Source: Haliotis rufescens | Taxonomy: Eukaryota | Direction: 5' to 3' | DNA: 64,000 nucleotides | Assembly: GCF_023055435.1 (NCBI RefSeq) | Contig: NW_025964001.1 | Location: forward strand, 45,570,001 to 45,634,000 | Shown: piece after piece, positions 12,252-23,800 of the stretch | How the letters are laid out: each line of letters opens with the position of its first letter | Numbering within the stretch: position 1 is the stretch's first letter | The notes under the pieces: model-generated | Seen by the model: only the letters and a program-made list of their open reading frames with translations | Told to the model about the DNA's origin: nothing | Database searches by the model: none | Program-made: the position numbers and the translations under genes

Positions 12252-12503
12252 GTGACCGCCTCCGTGGTATAATGGTCGAGCTGGAAAGCGGAAGGTCGGA
12301 GGTTCGATCCCCGGTTGCGTCATACCAAAAGCCATAACAAGATGGTACTGGTTGTTACCCTGCCTGGCGCTAGGCATTAGGGGTCTAACACAAGGACTGT
12401 ATATCAGTATGATGTGTCTGAGTTTGGTATTCATGTTAAAGTGCATGCGAGTCGCTATATAAGTGCAATAATCTTGAACGCGACGTAACAACATTTCACC
12501 TCA
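12252..12503 (+). mobile_element. SINE family C, internally deleted
   Basis: A/B boxes (ggttcgatccc) and body shared with 1949-2290. Confidence 0.7.
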
Positions 12504-12772
12504 ACTATTAGATACTGTGACGTCATCACCTACTGTTATGTCAATATATTAAACATGTGTTTATTTATAGGCAACAAAACTATATGGGTCTATTTTACTA
12601 AATACAGTGTAAACATTATGAAGATTTATATTTAAAATCTCAAATATATTTAACTGCATCTTTATAATACCATTTTAAAGGTCCCCGGACCGAATACGGT
12701 CATTCCAGTAGATAGATCGCGTTAGCTTCCAGCTGGGTACGATACTTTCAAGATGTTCGCTTTCGTAATTGT

Positions 12773-12936
12773 GGGGCGGTTGGGTAGCCAAGTAGTTTAA
12801 GGGTTCGCTCGTCACGCCGAAGACCAGGGCTCGATTCCCGACATGGGTAGGCTACAATGTGTGAAGCCCATTACTGGTGTCCCCCGCCGTGATATTGCGG
12901 GAATATTGCTAAAAGCGGCGTCAATCCATACTCACT
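12773..12936 (+). mobile_element. SINE family A
   Basis: tRNA head, gtacaatgtgtgaagccca core, ACTC tail, short TSD tcgtaat. Confidence 0.8.
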
Positions 12937-13648
12937 CGTAATATTTGTTATGAATTAATGATTTCAATTTAAATGTCAACAATGTCTTTAAACATTTAAC
13001 TGCTAAACACCATGTCGATGCTGTCGCTGTTGGTCTGTTATTTACACAGGATCATGCGCGTTTCTCTTATCCTTTGCAGCAATGTTTGGTTGTCGAATAC
13101 ATAGAGCTTAATGCGTAAGAACTGTCACAATTGTTGTTTCCCGAGCGAGAGTGAGGGCAAATACATGAATTCTGACACTGCTTTCGTGAAATCAAGACAC
13201 AAGCGCATAGAATACATTTGTGCCCCACACTTTATAAGCTGTAGTGAAAATACAGTGTTTCTGTACTGATAACAAAGCAATCTGCTAACAGAGGGCGCTG
13301 GCATAACCAGTCTTTTTTCCAGGCTTGACGGAAATAACCAAAGTTACTATTGTGACGTCATCCATAAGACGTCAAAGATGTTTGTCTTGCATCAACAATA
13401 ATGTTGGCATAACGCCAACAATTAACTCGCTATGTAACCCTCGAAGTGATATTTAGCAGAGATTTAAGATATCTTCACCATCCCTTCTGTTTCTGTTTAC
13501 ATATGGTAAGAATATAGACAATTCACGCCGCGAATAGCTGATGCGGCGTTAAGCAATAATCGCTCACTCGCTTGAAACATATATGAATAACAAGACCAGT
13601 TTTTATACACCATACCTATGATTCCAGAGAAAGTGTTAGCTTCATTAC

Positions 13649-13771
13649 CTTTGCAGCATTTCTTCCCCTGTGTATAACGCTCCAGCACTCCGCCACAGCA
13701 TGTTTGTTGGCTGCTCTTGTAGGGCTTCCATTTTCCATTTATCAAACACTCATCTACCCCGAAAGCCAGCT
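13649..13771 (-). CDS. Galaxin-like exon (ELAFGVDECLINGKWKPYKSSQQTCCGGVLERYTQGKKCCK)
   Basis: tttcaacag acceptor, gtaatg donor, 123 nt, phase 1-1, two CC motifs; completes the signal peptide begun at 16740. Confidence 0.75.
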
Positions 13772-14004
13772 CTGTTGAAAATGATGCGAATTATTATCAT
13801 GGACTTTGTCGTCTTTTATTGTTGTTCTTGTTGTTATTACTAATATTGAAATTATTACCATCATGGTTTTTACTGTTAATGGTGATGATGATAATAATAA
13901 CTAATATATAAATACTGTTATCATGACTAAATCATAACGATGGGGACGCTGAAAGCAACACGTTCTCATGCAAGAATAAAGCCATTAACATTCCTTTTCA
14001 TTTA

Positions 14005-14328
14005 GGAGGCACGGGTGGCCTAGTCGTCTTAAACGCCGCAATTCGCACTGCAGGCTTGCAGTGAGTGAGTTAATATTCACCGTCACATCGGCAATATTTC
14101 AGCCATATAGTGACTGCTGGCTTGCATCCATAGGGCACGCCATGAACCTGTGATAGTCCCAGTTCGCCCCAGTTCTGTTTCTTGGCTTGTCCCCGTGCTC
14201 GTGGCTTTCACCAAAGTCGCACATGTCTGCATTATTTATAGTGAGGGACTTTCCTCCCACATTAAGCATATTCGCTGTGATTTAACGAGAATACTTTTCA
14301 ATGCGGCGTAAAACTCATTCACTCACTC
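14005..14328 (+). mobile_element. SINE family B, degenerate, with a short antisense SINE tail inserted at ~14061-14117
   Basis: Similar to 17775-18050; the insert is flanked by the direct repeat ggcttgca. Confidence 0.6.
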
Positions 14329-14964
14329 TTGTGTAACGAGGCGACGGTATTACACACGTGAACGGGTTTTTTTCTAGTATAGTTGTATGGCTTATTGGTA
14401 AAATGTGTAACGATTGGAGGCATGGCGTTGTGTTATCAGTATCAGACGGGATGACCTGCACGTGGTGTTTGGGCCTGGATCAGGTAAACCAGAGATATAA
14501 TATAATACCCCGCGATCACCAAATAGAACAAGTTTAACCTGGTATCGTAATCGTAGTGGTTGTGTTGGTGGTCGAATCGGAGAGGTGAGTAGTTTGCAGA
14601 GAGTTATCTCCCTTGTACTGTCATTCTACTTCCTTGACATCAGGAATGCAAAATTAATACATCGGGGTTGTTGCTTGCCGCATAACTTTGCATGTTTCAA
14701 ATTTTAGTCAATTTATAGCAGTTCCTCATTTACATTGGATGCTATATAGCCTCACGTTAACTCTACCAATAACATTAAAAAGAAACACAATTAAACTAAT
14801 ATAAAGTGTCGACTATTAAAATTGTGATACCCGCCATGATACAGTCCGTTACAAAGAGATGTCTGACTAATTTGAAAGATTTCCAAGGGCTTATAGAATT
14901 TCAAATGTTATGTTTCCATTTATATTATTAATATTCGCGCCAATGGACTTTTAAAGATAATGTA

Positions 14965-15138
14965 CAGTAAAAAACGTTTATGACGAATACGCTTATAAGT
15001 AACTGACGGATATAACGAAATGTGTTTTGATCCCGTCCATTTGCTGTATATTTGTTGTATATATGCTTATAACGAACTACGGTTATAACGAACTAACCTT
15101 AGTTGCCCCTTTAAGTTCGTTATAACCGTACGTTACTG
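14965..15138. mobile_element. Tigger-type MITE
   Basis: TA|cagtaa...ttatgacgaa ... ttcgttataac...ttactg|TA. Confidence 0.6.
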
Positions 15139-16691
15139 TATAATTATCGCAAAAGCAATTGCTTTTGTGTTCAAAACTTGTAAGTAAAAAAGCAATTACA
15201 ATACATGTGCAGCAACGAGCTAAAAAGATGGGCTATATTTTTATGTGGTTGTACTCCGTCATCAATATTTAGTGATCATTTTTTAAAATAACTGACTACT
15301 GACGCACTACATAATAACAACAGTACAAAATGTACAAGTAATCAAAATCAGAGAAAACACCGCCTTAAAATACCACAAGTATTTTGCTAGGGTCCGTTCG
15401 ACCACAGTCCACTGCATCAACAGCAGGGTGGATTGAAAACAAAGTACCATATCTGTTAATGAAATCTATTTCAAAGATGACGTGCACTTATAACTGTAAC
15501 ATTAATGTATTATCACATCAATATAAGTTATTAATAGAAACACATCACCATGGCGGTATTGGCCAATACGTGATTTTCCAACATCTGCATCATCGACTTA
15601 TGGGTTGTTAAACAACAACTACAACAACTTACTGAGACTTCTACGACTCAGCATTCGTATTTCAATATAATCTTCAAGGCGGATGATGGAGGTAAAGGGG
15701 TTTGAACACCAACACCATCAACATGCACTCTGTGTATAACGCTATGTAGTTTCACAGGTTTAAGCATAAACGTCGTTGTTTAAAAGACACGAAGGGGGCT
15801 ATCCACTCTAGTTGAAGATTCGTAGGTCAGGCGAAATAATGACTAACTAGTTTTTGATACTAAGAAACTGGCGAGAGCTACGCTGAAGCTGTATTGGTGA
15901 CAGATATCGTGATCTAGATGTCCGAGTAACGGTCCCGGTAGAGCTATTGCCATAGAAACTTGTAGAGTGACTTAGTGTGTATAAAAAATGGGCATCGGCA
16001 TGGGTTTGTTTTGGACATGTAATAAAAACAGGTACCACAGACATTGCTGACTACGTCAGTGAACCAATGCTCTGACGTTTGGTGCGATAATTGTCATATT
16101 ATACGTGCGCTTCCGCTAATTGCGGTTCCCATGTACCAGCACATTCCGACTAAGAGAGACACACACTATTTCCGATCGAGGCACTATATATGTTAAGGAA
16201 ACTCAGTCTTTAGCTCGGCATTGAATATTCCATGAATAGTTACCATGAGTATTAATTCTAGGCACGGAATAGTATTCACTATAATTATTGATGCAACGAC
16301 GGATATTGAAGGACGCGGAGTGCTTCTGTGTTAAATAGCTGTACACATGTACCTTAATATTGTACAACGCAATACAAACTGCACATTTATCTTTATGAAG
16401 TAGTATATAAAGTATACAAGTGTTGTCGATTAAACGTTTTAACATTCGTCCTTTATTGAATTACCCGAATTCGTAAATGATTAAAATGATCTCTCTTTAA
16501 TGTAGGATATGTAGCAACAAAACCACCAGGTTGTGCATCAGAGACACTGACTGACAAGAGATGGACCTAAACATGAAATTGTCATTAGAATATATCGCAA
16601 CAACAAATTGTGTGTTCCGAATAGCCAGCATAAAACATATATTCTCAAAACAGTCCTAAATTGAATAAAGTGAAAATAAAATGTTACTTAC

Positions 16692-16740
16692 CAGAATTCA
16701 GTATGAAGATAGCAAAAGCTAAAATATTGTTCGCATTCAT
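16692..16740 (-). CDS. Signal-peptide first exon (MNANNILAFAIFILNS) of a galaxin-like transcript
   Basis: ATG at 16740, hydrophobic core, consensus donor G|gtaagt, phase 1 joining 13771 in frame. Confidence 0.65.
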
Positions 16741-17597
16741 GTCTTTGAGTTAACATGAGACAATTAGTTGAAGTTGATCTCTTCGAAGTTTTGTTCGGAT
16801 TGATCCGTTTTCAGCTGCGTCCAGCTTTTGTATCATATGTGTCCCTACTAAATTTAGAAGTGGGAATTCCCTTCGCGACATCATCCGCCATTTTCTTTCG
16901 GCGTTGCAAGCTCCGCGCGTGATTCCCTTTGGAAAATGGACAAAACAAATGGTAGGCGTACTTTTTTTCAGAAAAAGGGACACCATCACGTGACATATTA
17001 GAACGAGGAATGTTCCCCAGTGCAATAACGCCCGTGTTCTTTTCTAGGCTAATGACCCACAACAGATACACATGTCCGGGTACGTTTAAATTTAGGAAAA
17101 CAACGCACCTAATATCCATGCGTTGTTTGTTTGCTTGCTACCATGTAAGCATGCGGGTGGAATCCTTATGTTGACGCATGTTCGCGGTATTTCTGGTCTG
17201 CCTAAATATAAAAACACGTTTGGGGGATTCCGTGACCTGTCCGGGTCTGTGACACAGAATCAACAACAATAGTAACCATAAGCAGAGACCATATAATGGT
17301 CACTGCCATAAGTGAATGTTTTCAATTTGCTGTAACACTTTAGTTTCTTCATGTTGACTGTTTATAAGTCCCTATCGTTGTGAAATGACCTTCTCCCAAC
17401 ACACCTTAGACCTGCATGTAGCCTATATCCCAATGTACATGTAGGCCTACATTATGTAGCTAATATGGTTTTGATGTAATTTCAATACTGACACGTTTGT
17501 GCACAATGAAATGTTTCAGAAAAAATAAACAATTACATTAATATAGTTCTAAATGTATCAAGTGTTTATAAGCAGTTTAAAAATAACTTAATAACTC

Positions 17598-17770
17598 GGG
17601 GGCAGTGGGGTAAGCCTATGGTTAAAGCTTTGGCTGGTCATGCCGAAGACCCGGGTTTGATTCCCCACATGGATACAATGTTTGAAGTCCATTTCCTGGA
17701 TTCCCCCACCGTGATAATGCTGGAATATTGCTAAAAGTGGTGTAAAACCATACTAACTCACTCACTCACT
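17598..17770 (+). mobile_element. SINE family A
   Basis: Matches 32129-32296; (ACTC)n tail. Confidence 0.8.
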
Positions 17771-17774
17771 TGAT

Positions 17775-18050
17775 GGGGGCATGGGTGGCCCAGTCGTCTA
17801 AGGCGCCGCGATTCGCTGTGCAGAGTCGCGTCCCTTTGGCATGCCAGAAACCTATGATTGTGGGTTCGAATCCCGGTTCGCCCAAATTATGTTTCTAGGT
17901 TTGTCAGCACAATACCCGTGCTCGTGGGTTTCACCGAAGTGGTAAACGTCTGAGATCTGCATCACTTCGGGCTTTCTTCCCACATTAAGCTGACATGCCG
18001 CGATATGACTGGAATACTGTTAAAAGCGGCGTTAAACCCAACTCACTCAC
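17775..18050 (+). mobile_element. SINE family B, full length, inserted at the tail of the family-A copy
   Basis: A/B boxes; direct repeat cacttgat on both sides. Confidence 0.85.
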
Positions 18051-19703
18051 TCACTTGATAAGTAACACATTTTAGTTAGGACAGTTGAAATAATATCTAT
18101 TGTGCCATTCTGATTTGGTCCCCTGGAGGAGGAAATACCCATGTTAATTAGCATTATTTATAGACAATGACTAAAGCCAGAATGCACCCTTTGTACTGAA
18201 GGGGATATGGTAGGCTTCATAGCTTTCACTTCCCATATTGCATGAAGATCAGAGAAACTTGGTGTATGGTCTCTTGTGAAAATGAACTTTACTCAATTAA
18301 AGATTGATGCCAGAGGACACACCATATATTATGTATATTCTAGAACCTCAGTATGTACATTTTAGGCAAATGACAGTATCAATGACAACTGGTTAATGTA
18401 CTGTAGGAAGTGAAATGTTACATTGATCATGTTGATGTCCTCAAACATCTGTCATCATCTACCTTACTGACGGCCATAACCAGTGTCCATGGTATATGTA
18501 AAGAAGTGTAGTACCCTGAAATAAACATATTCTTTAACAACCCCTTGGACTTTATCTGTTTGCCTTCGTATTCTGTAAACCTGATGACTTACTTGAAGGT
18601 CCTTTGGCAAATATCATCCCTTTAACTTGTTTGGTTTGATGACTATTTACCTGATGATAACACCAAACAGTGATATTACTCAAATATATGTAACCCAGAC
18701 TGCAATGCCACTGGTGCGGCCTACCTTTAGAATACAGTACCACAAACTTTTCAAACACGTGATCATACCCTATGACGTAATTTGTAGTATTTTGTTGCCA
18801 GTCAGGGGTCATCGAGTGTGCATAAGTTCCTCCCAGTGATCTATCATCTCTACACGAAATGTCATTGAATACGCCAAGCGCTGTGGAGAGTTTTGAATAT
18901 TTGTTTACTGAATATAGCCTGCGGCGGCGCATTTTATAGCAAGCGCTATTTTACGAAAGCACTTTTATTTTTTATATATTTTTTATTTCGTTTTTCTCGT
19001 AATTCAAGTGGCTAAAAGGGTTATAAATGGGAACTAATATACATATATTATTTTTTCGGTGCATTAATTTTCATTATTATGCACAAGATTGTAGTTTGTT
19101 ATTGATATTTAACTGGTGCTGAACACATCCAAATGTCGCCAGTGTTAGGGTAGGTTACCCCAAACTCTATCCTTAGCACTTGGATCCCTTTTACGATCAA
19201 TCACCCTTTTACGATCATTAGGGTTAGGTACTCGTTTAGTGGCTATTATAGATTATATAGCGGCTCCTTATATTCTTCCCACAAAAATTTCGAGTAAAAA
19301 GAATGAAATGGTTTTGTGTCGAATATTTTGGCTACTGGAAACTGTCCTGGAACATTCACACAAGCCACTTTCCCCGGCTACATTTTTCATAATTGATTCA
19401 ACAGCGAACTCACCGTTGTGTCGTCACTAGTCATGCTTATTCCTCCATCGTTCCTTACTATTATCCACATCATCCTTACAGTGTTCCCTACCACACTTTT
19501 CTGTCACAAAAATCACCCGACGAATTATTAAATACCATATCATTCATGCGCACTCGTGTCTGACGCCTGGAGCCGTTTTCAGTTCGCGGCATATCGGCTC
19601 ATTCCTCACCCCCCGGTATCTTGTAGATTACGGAATGGGACGAGTGTGCCAAATGGCATCGGGATCATTCGTAAGTGTCCGTAGACTAAAGTCACGAGAC
19701 ACC

Positions 19704-19722
19704 ATGCCTACCCGTAACCTTC
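19704..19722 (+). CDS. MED6: Candidate MED6 first coding exon (MPTRNL-)
   Basis: accATG...c|gtaagt gives the phase 1 required by exon 20734 and a ~245-aa product. There is no homology support and the region looks repeat-like. Confidence 0.25.
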
Positions 19723-20733
19723 GTAAGTGTCCGTCACCTATTCGACCCTTTTTGTTCAGTTCTGTAACGTCATAGGCATGGTGTGGACGTAGCTCAGTCC
19801 GTTAGCTGTCAGGCTAACAATCCGAAGGTCACGGGTTCGCGTCCGACGGATTCTCACTGAAACTGGTTGCTTGTCTTGTGACATGTGACCCACGGCAGAG
19901 ATCGTCCTCACGAGAAGTTGTGGTACTGTATTCTAAAGGTGCTCACCAAAAGTGTAGACGTTTAACAAGGATGCCAAGTTCTAGGGCTGGCTAAAAAGAT
20001 GGGAAGAAATATTAATGATTATCGATATGAAATTGTTCTCATCAATAATAACTTATATAAACCATTGTGATGAAATAAAGTTTAGTTTTACCAAAACAGA
20101 CCTGTTATTGTCAATAATGTCAATTGTCGAAGATAAAAAGGAACTGTTTTTTGTTATACATCTATCTCAAATGTCCATAAAGTAATCCATGCACATATGT
20201 GTCACTGCTCACCTGTGGCATGACATATGTTGATTTCTTTCGGGACTTTCTTGCATATTAACTTAAAGTTACTTCTCAGATATTTATCAATAATTGTCCA
20301 ATATTTAGTTAGTGATCTCTAATCTATGGATAGCCAGCCCTACCTATTTCTGTCCCCAACTCATCATTGATAATTCCAATACTAGTACAGGAGTACCAGT
20401 GGTCCAGGCATTGTCTCTTCCTGCTGATGACACAGGTTCCATTCCCCGAGACTGTGTTCAAAATAAAAAATTGCCATCAGGACCCACAGATTTTAGAAGC
20501 TGCAGGGCCTAACTAAACTCTTCAGGGCCTCATTTATGAAAAACTGCCGCTGATTGTGACAAATAAATAAACACATACATTTACCAGGTAATGGTTCTGT
20601 TTCAACCAGGTAATGGTTGATTAAAATAATGAAGTAATATTAGTCTAACTTAACAAGGAGAAACAGTGAGTGCATTGGCTGACTGTTTCTCTCTGATATC
20701 TTCATGAAATTCCAATGCTTCTTGTAATTTCAG

Positions 20734-20893
20734 AGAACCACCTCCATGTGTCATGGTACGACAGTGCCTGGATACCACTCCTCAACCAGTCTAATGTCCT
20801 TGACTACTTCTCTGAACGGAGCAATCCATTCTACGACCGCACATGCAACAACGAGATCATCAAGATGCAGCGACTTGGTGTCGAACATCTCAG
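20734..20893 (+). CDS. MED6: MED6 exon (160 nt)
   Basis: tttcag acceptor, gtagag donor; [20 protein letters not shown]. Confidence 0.96.
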
Positions 20894-23800
20894 GTAGAGT
20901 TTCAACCTTGACGCTTGATAATCACTCTCAATATCTGGATACTTGTTTTAATAAATTAAAGCTGATAGCCAGACATGTAGTAGCCTGATATGCAATACGC
21001 TCAGACAACATGGTGTTCTTTCCTTCTTGGACATGGTGTTCTCTCCTACTCAGACATGGTGTTCTCTCCTACTCAGACATGGTGTTTTGTCCTACTAAGA
21101 CATGGTGTTCTCTCCTACTCAGACATGGTGTTTTGTCCTACTAAGACATGCTGTTCTCTTCTACTCAGACATGGTGCTCTGTCCTACTTGGACATAGTGT
21201 TTTGTCCTACTCAGACATGGTGTTCTGTCCTACTTGGACATTGTGTTTTGTCCTACTCAGACATGGTGTTTTCTGTCCTACTCTGACATGGTGTTCTCTC
21301 TTACTCAGTCATGGTGTTCTCTCCTACTCAGACATGGTGTTCTCTCCTACTCAGACATGGTGTTCTCTCCTACTCAGACATGGTGTTCTGCCCTACTTGG
21401 ACATGGTGTTCTGCCCTACTCAGACATGGTGTTCTCTCCTACTTGGACATTGTGTTTTGTCCTACTACGACATGGTGTTCTGTCCAACTTGGACATGGTG
21501 TTCTGTCCTACTCAGACATGGTGTTCTGTCTTACTCAGACATGGTGTTTTGTTGTACTCAGTCATGGTGTTCTCTCCTACTCAGACATGGTGTTCTCTCC
21601 TACTCAGTCATGGTGTTCTGCCCTACTCAGACATGGTGTTCTGCCCTACTCAGACATGGTGTTCTCTCCTACTCAGACATGGTGTTCTCTCCTACATGGA
21701 CATTGTGTTTTGTCTTACTACGACATGGTGTTCTGTCCTACTTGGACATGGTGTTCTGTCCTACTCAGACATGGTGTTCTGTCTTACTCAGACATGGTGT
21801 TTTGTTGTACTCAGTCATGGTGTTCTCTCCTACTCAGACATGGTGTTCTCTCCTACTCAGTCATGGTGTTCTGCCCTACTCAGACATGGTGTTCTGCCCT
21901 ACTCAGACATGGTGTTCTCTCCTACTCAGACATGGTGTTCTCTCCTACATGGACATTGTGTTTTGTCCTACTACGACATGGTGTTCTGTCCTACTTGGAC
22001 ATGGCGTTCTGTCCTACTCAGACATGGTGTTCTGTCTTACTCAGACATGGTGTTTTGTTGTACTCAGTCATGGTGTTCTCTCCTACTCAGACATGGTGTT
22101 CTCTCTTACTTGGACATGGTGTTCTGCCCCCCGACAACCTGGTGCTCTATCCTACTCAGTTCATAAAAAAAAAATATTCTGCATACAAATTTAATTGGCA
22201 GAAAAGTTAGAATCCCAAATTTGATTTCCTTTATGCGGATTCTTTCAGTGATTGATAGAGAAAGAGGCCATAATAACAGAAGGTAACATTCTTGTAACTG
22301 ACTGTGTTGCGGTCATTGATAACAGTATTAATGTTCTGTTGCAGTAATATGACTGGACTGGAGTACATCCTACTGCATGTACAGGAACCTATCCTGTATG
22401 TCATTAGGAAGCAGTTCCGGCAGTCACCCACTCAAGGTCAGTACTACTCTTAAATGCTTTGGATCCCTTTCTAACCCCTTCACCTCTTTCCTAGCCTTGA
22501 TGATTTTCTTAACACCCCCACCAAAATTTCACTGCCAAAACATCAGATCTGCCCTCAACCTCTCTGTCCACCTTCCTGAACCTCTCTGCCCACCTTCCTT
22601 GACTCCCTTAACCTCTCTTTCAACCTTCCTTAACCTCACTGTCCACCTTCCTTAACCTCACCGTACACCTTCCTTGACTCCCTTAACCTCTCTGTCCACC
22701 TTCCTTAACCTCAACGTCCACCTTCCTTGACTCCATTAACCTCTCTGTCCACCTTCCTTAACTCCCTTAACCTCTCTGTCCACCTTCCTTAACTCCCTTA
22801 ACCTCTCTGCCCACATTCCTTTACCTCACTGTCCACCTTCCTTGACTCCCTTAACCTCACTGCCAACCTCATTAACCTCTCTGTCCACCTTCCTTAACTC
22901 CCTTAACCTCTCTGCCCACATTCCTTAACCTCACTGTCCACCTTCCTTGACTCCCTTAGCCTCACTGTCAACCTCATTAACCTCACTGTCCACCTTCCTT
23001 GACCCCCTTAATCTCTCTGTCAACCTTCCTTAACTCCTTTACCTCTCTTTCCACCTTCCCTAACCCCACTGTCCACCTTCCTTGACTCCCTTAACCTCTC
23101 TGTCCACCTTCCTTAACTCCCTTAACCTCTCTGCCCACCTTCCTTAACCTCACTGTCTACCTTCCTTAACTCCCTTTACCTCTCTTTCCACCTCCCTTAA
23201 CCTCTCTGTCAACCTTCCTTGACTCCCTTAATCTCTCTATCCACCTTCCTTGACTCCCTTAACCTCTCTGTCCACATTCCTTGACTCCCTTAACCTCTCT
23301 GCCCTTCTTCCTTAACCTAATTGTCCACCTTCCTTGACTCCCTTAACCTTACTGTCCACCGTCCTTGACTCCCTTAACCTCTCTGCCCACCTTCCTTAAC
23401 CTCACTGTCCACCTTCCTTAACCTCACTGTTCACCTTCCTTGACTCCCTTAACTTCTCTGTCCACCTTCCTTAACCTCTCTGTCCACCTTCCTTGACTCC
23501 CTTAACCTCTCTTTCCACCTTTCTATACCCACTCAACCTCTGTCCACCTTTCTATACCCACTCAACCCCTGTCCACCTGTCTATACCCACTCAACCTCTG
23601 TCCACCTTTCTATACCCACTCAACCCCTGTCCACCTTTCTATACCCTCTCAACCTCTGTCCACCTTTCTATACCCACTCAACCTCTCTGTCCACCTTTCT
23701 ATACCCACTCAACCTCTGTCCACCTTTCTATACCCACTCAACCCCTGTCCACCTTTCTATACCCTCTCAACCTCTGTCCACCTTTCTATACCCTCTCAAC

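Noticed and set aside
13066-13230. Cys-rich minus frame ending KHCCKG* as a galaxin terminal exon
   Set aside because: Not in phase with the nearby acceptor at ~13239, and the segment looks like a dispersed repeat.
19635-19670. ATG...|gtaagt as MED6 exon 1
   Set aside because: Ends in phase 0, incompatible with the phase-1 acceptor at 20734.
19783-19855. tRNA-like sequence (gtagctcagtc...gggttcgcgtcc)
   Set aside because: Acceptor and anticodon stems do not pair convincingly; probably a decayed SINE head. The same applies to the other A/B-box hits.
21148-22210. Three overlapping 299-348 aa ORFs
   Set aside because: By-products of the stop-free 23-bp minisatellite inside a MED6 intron.
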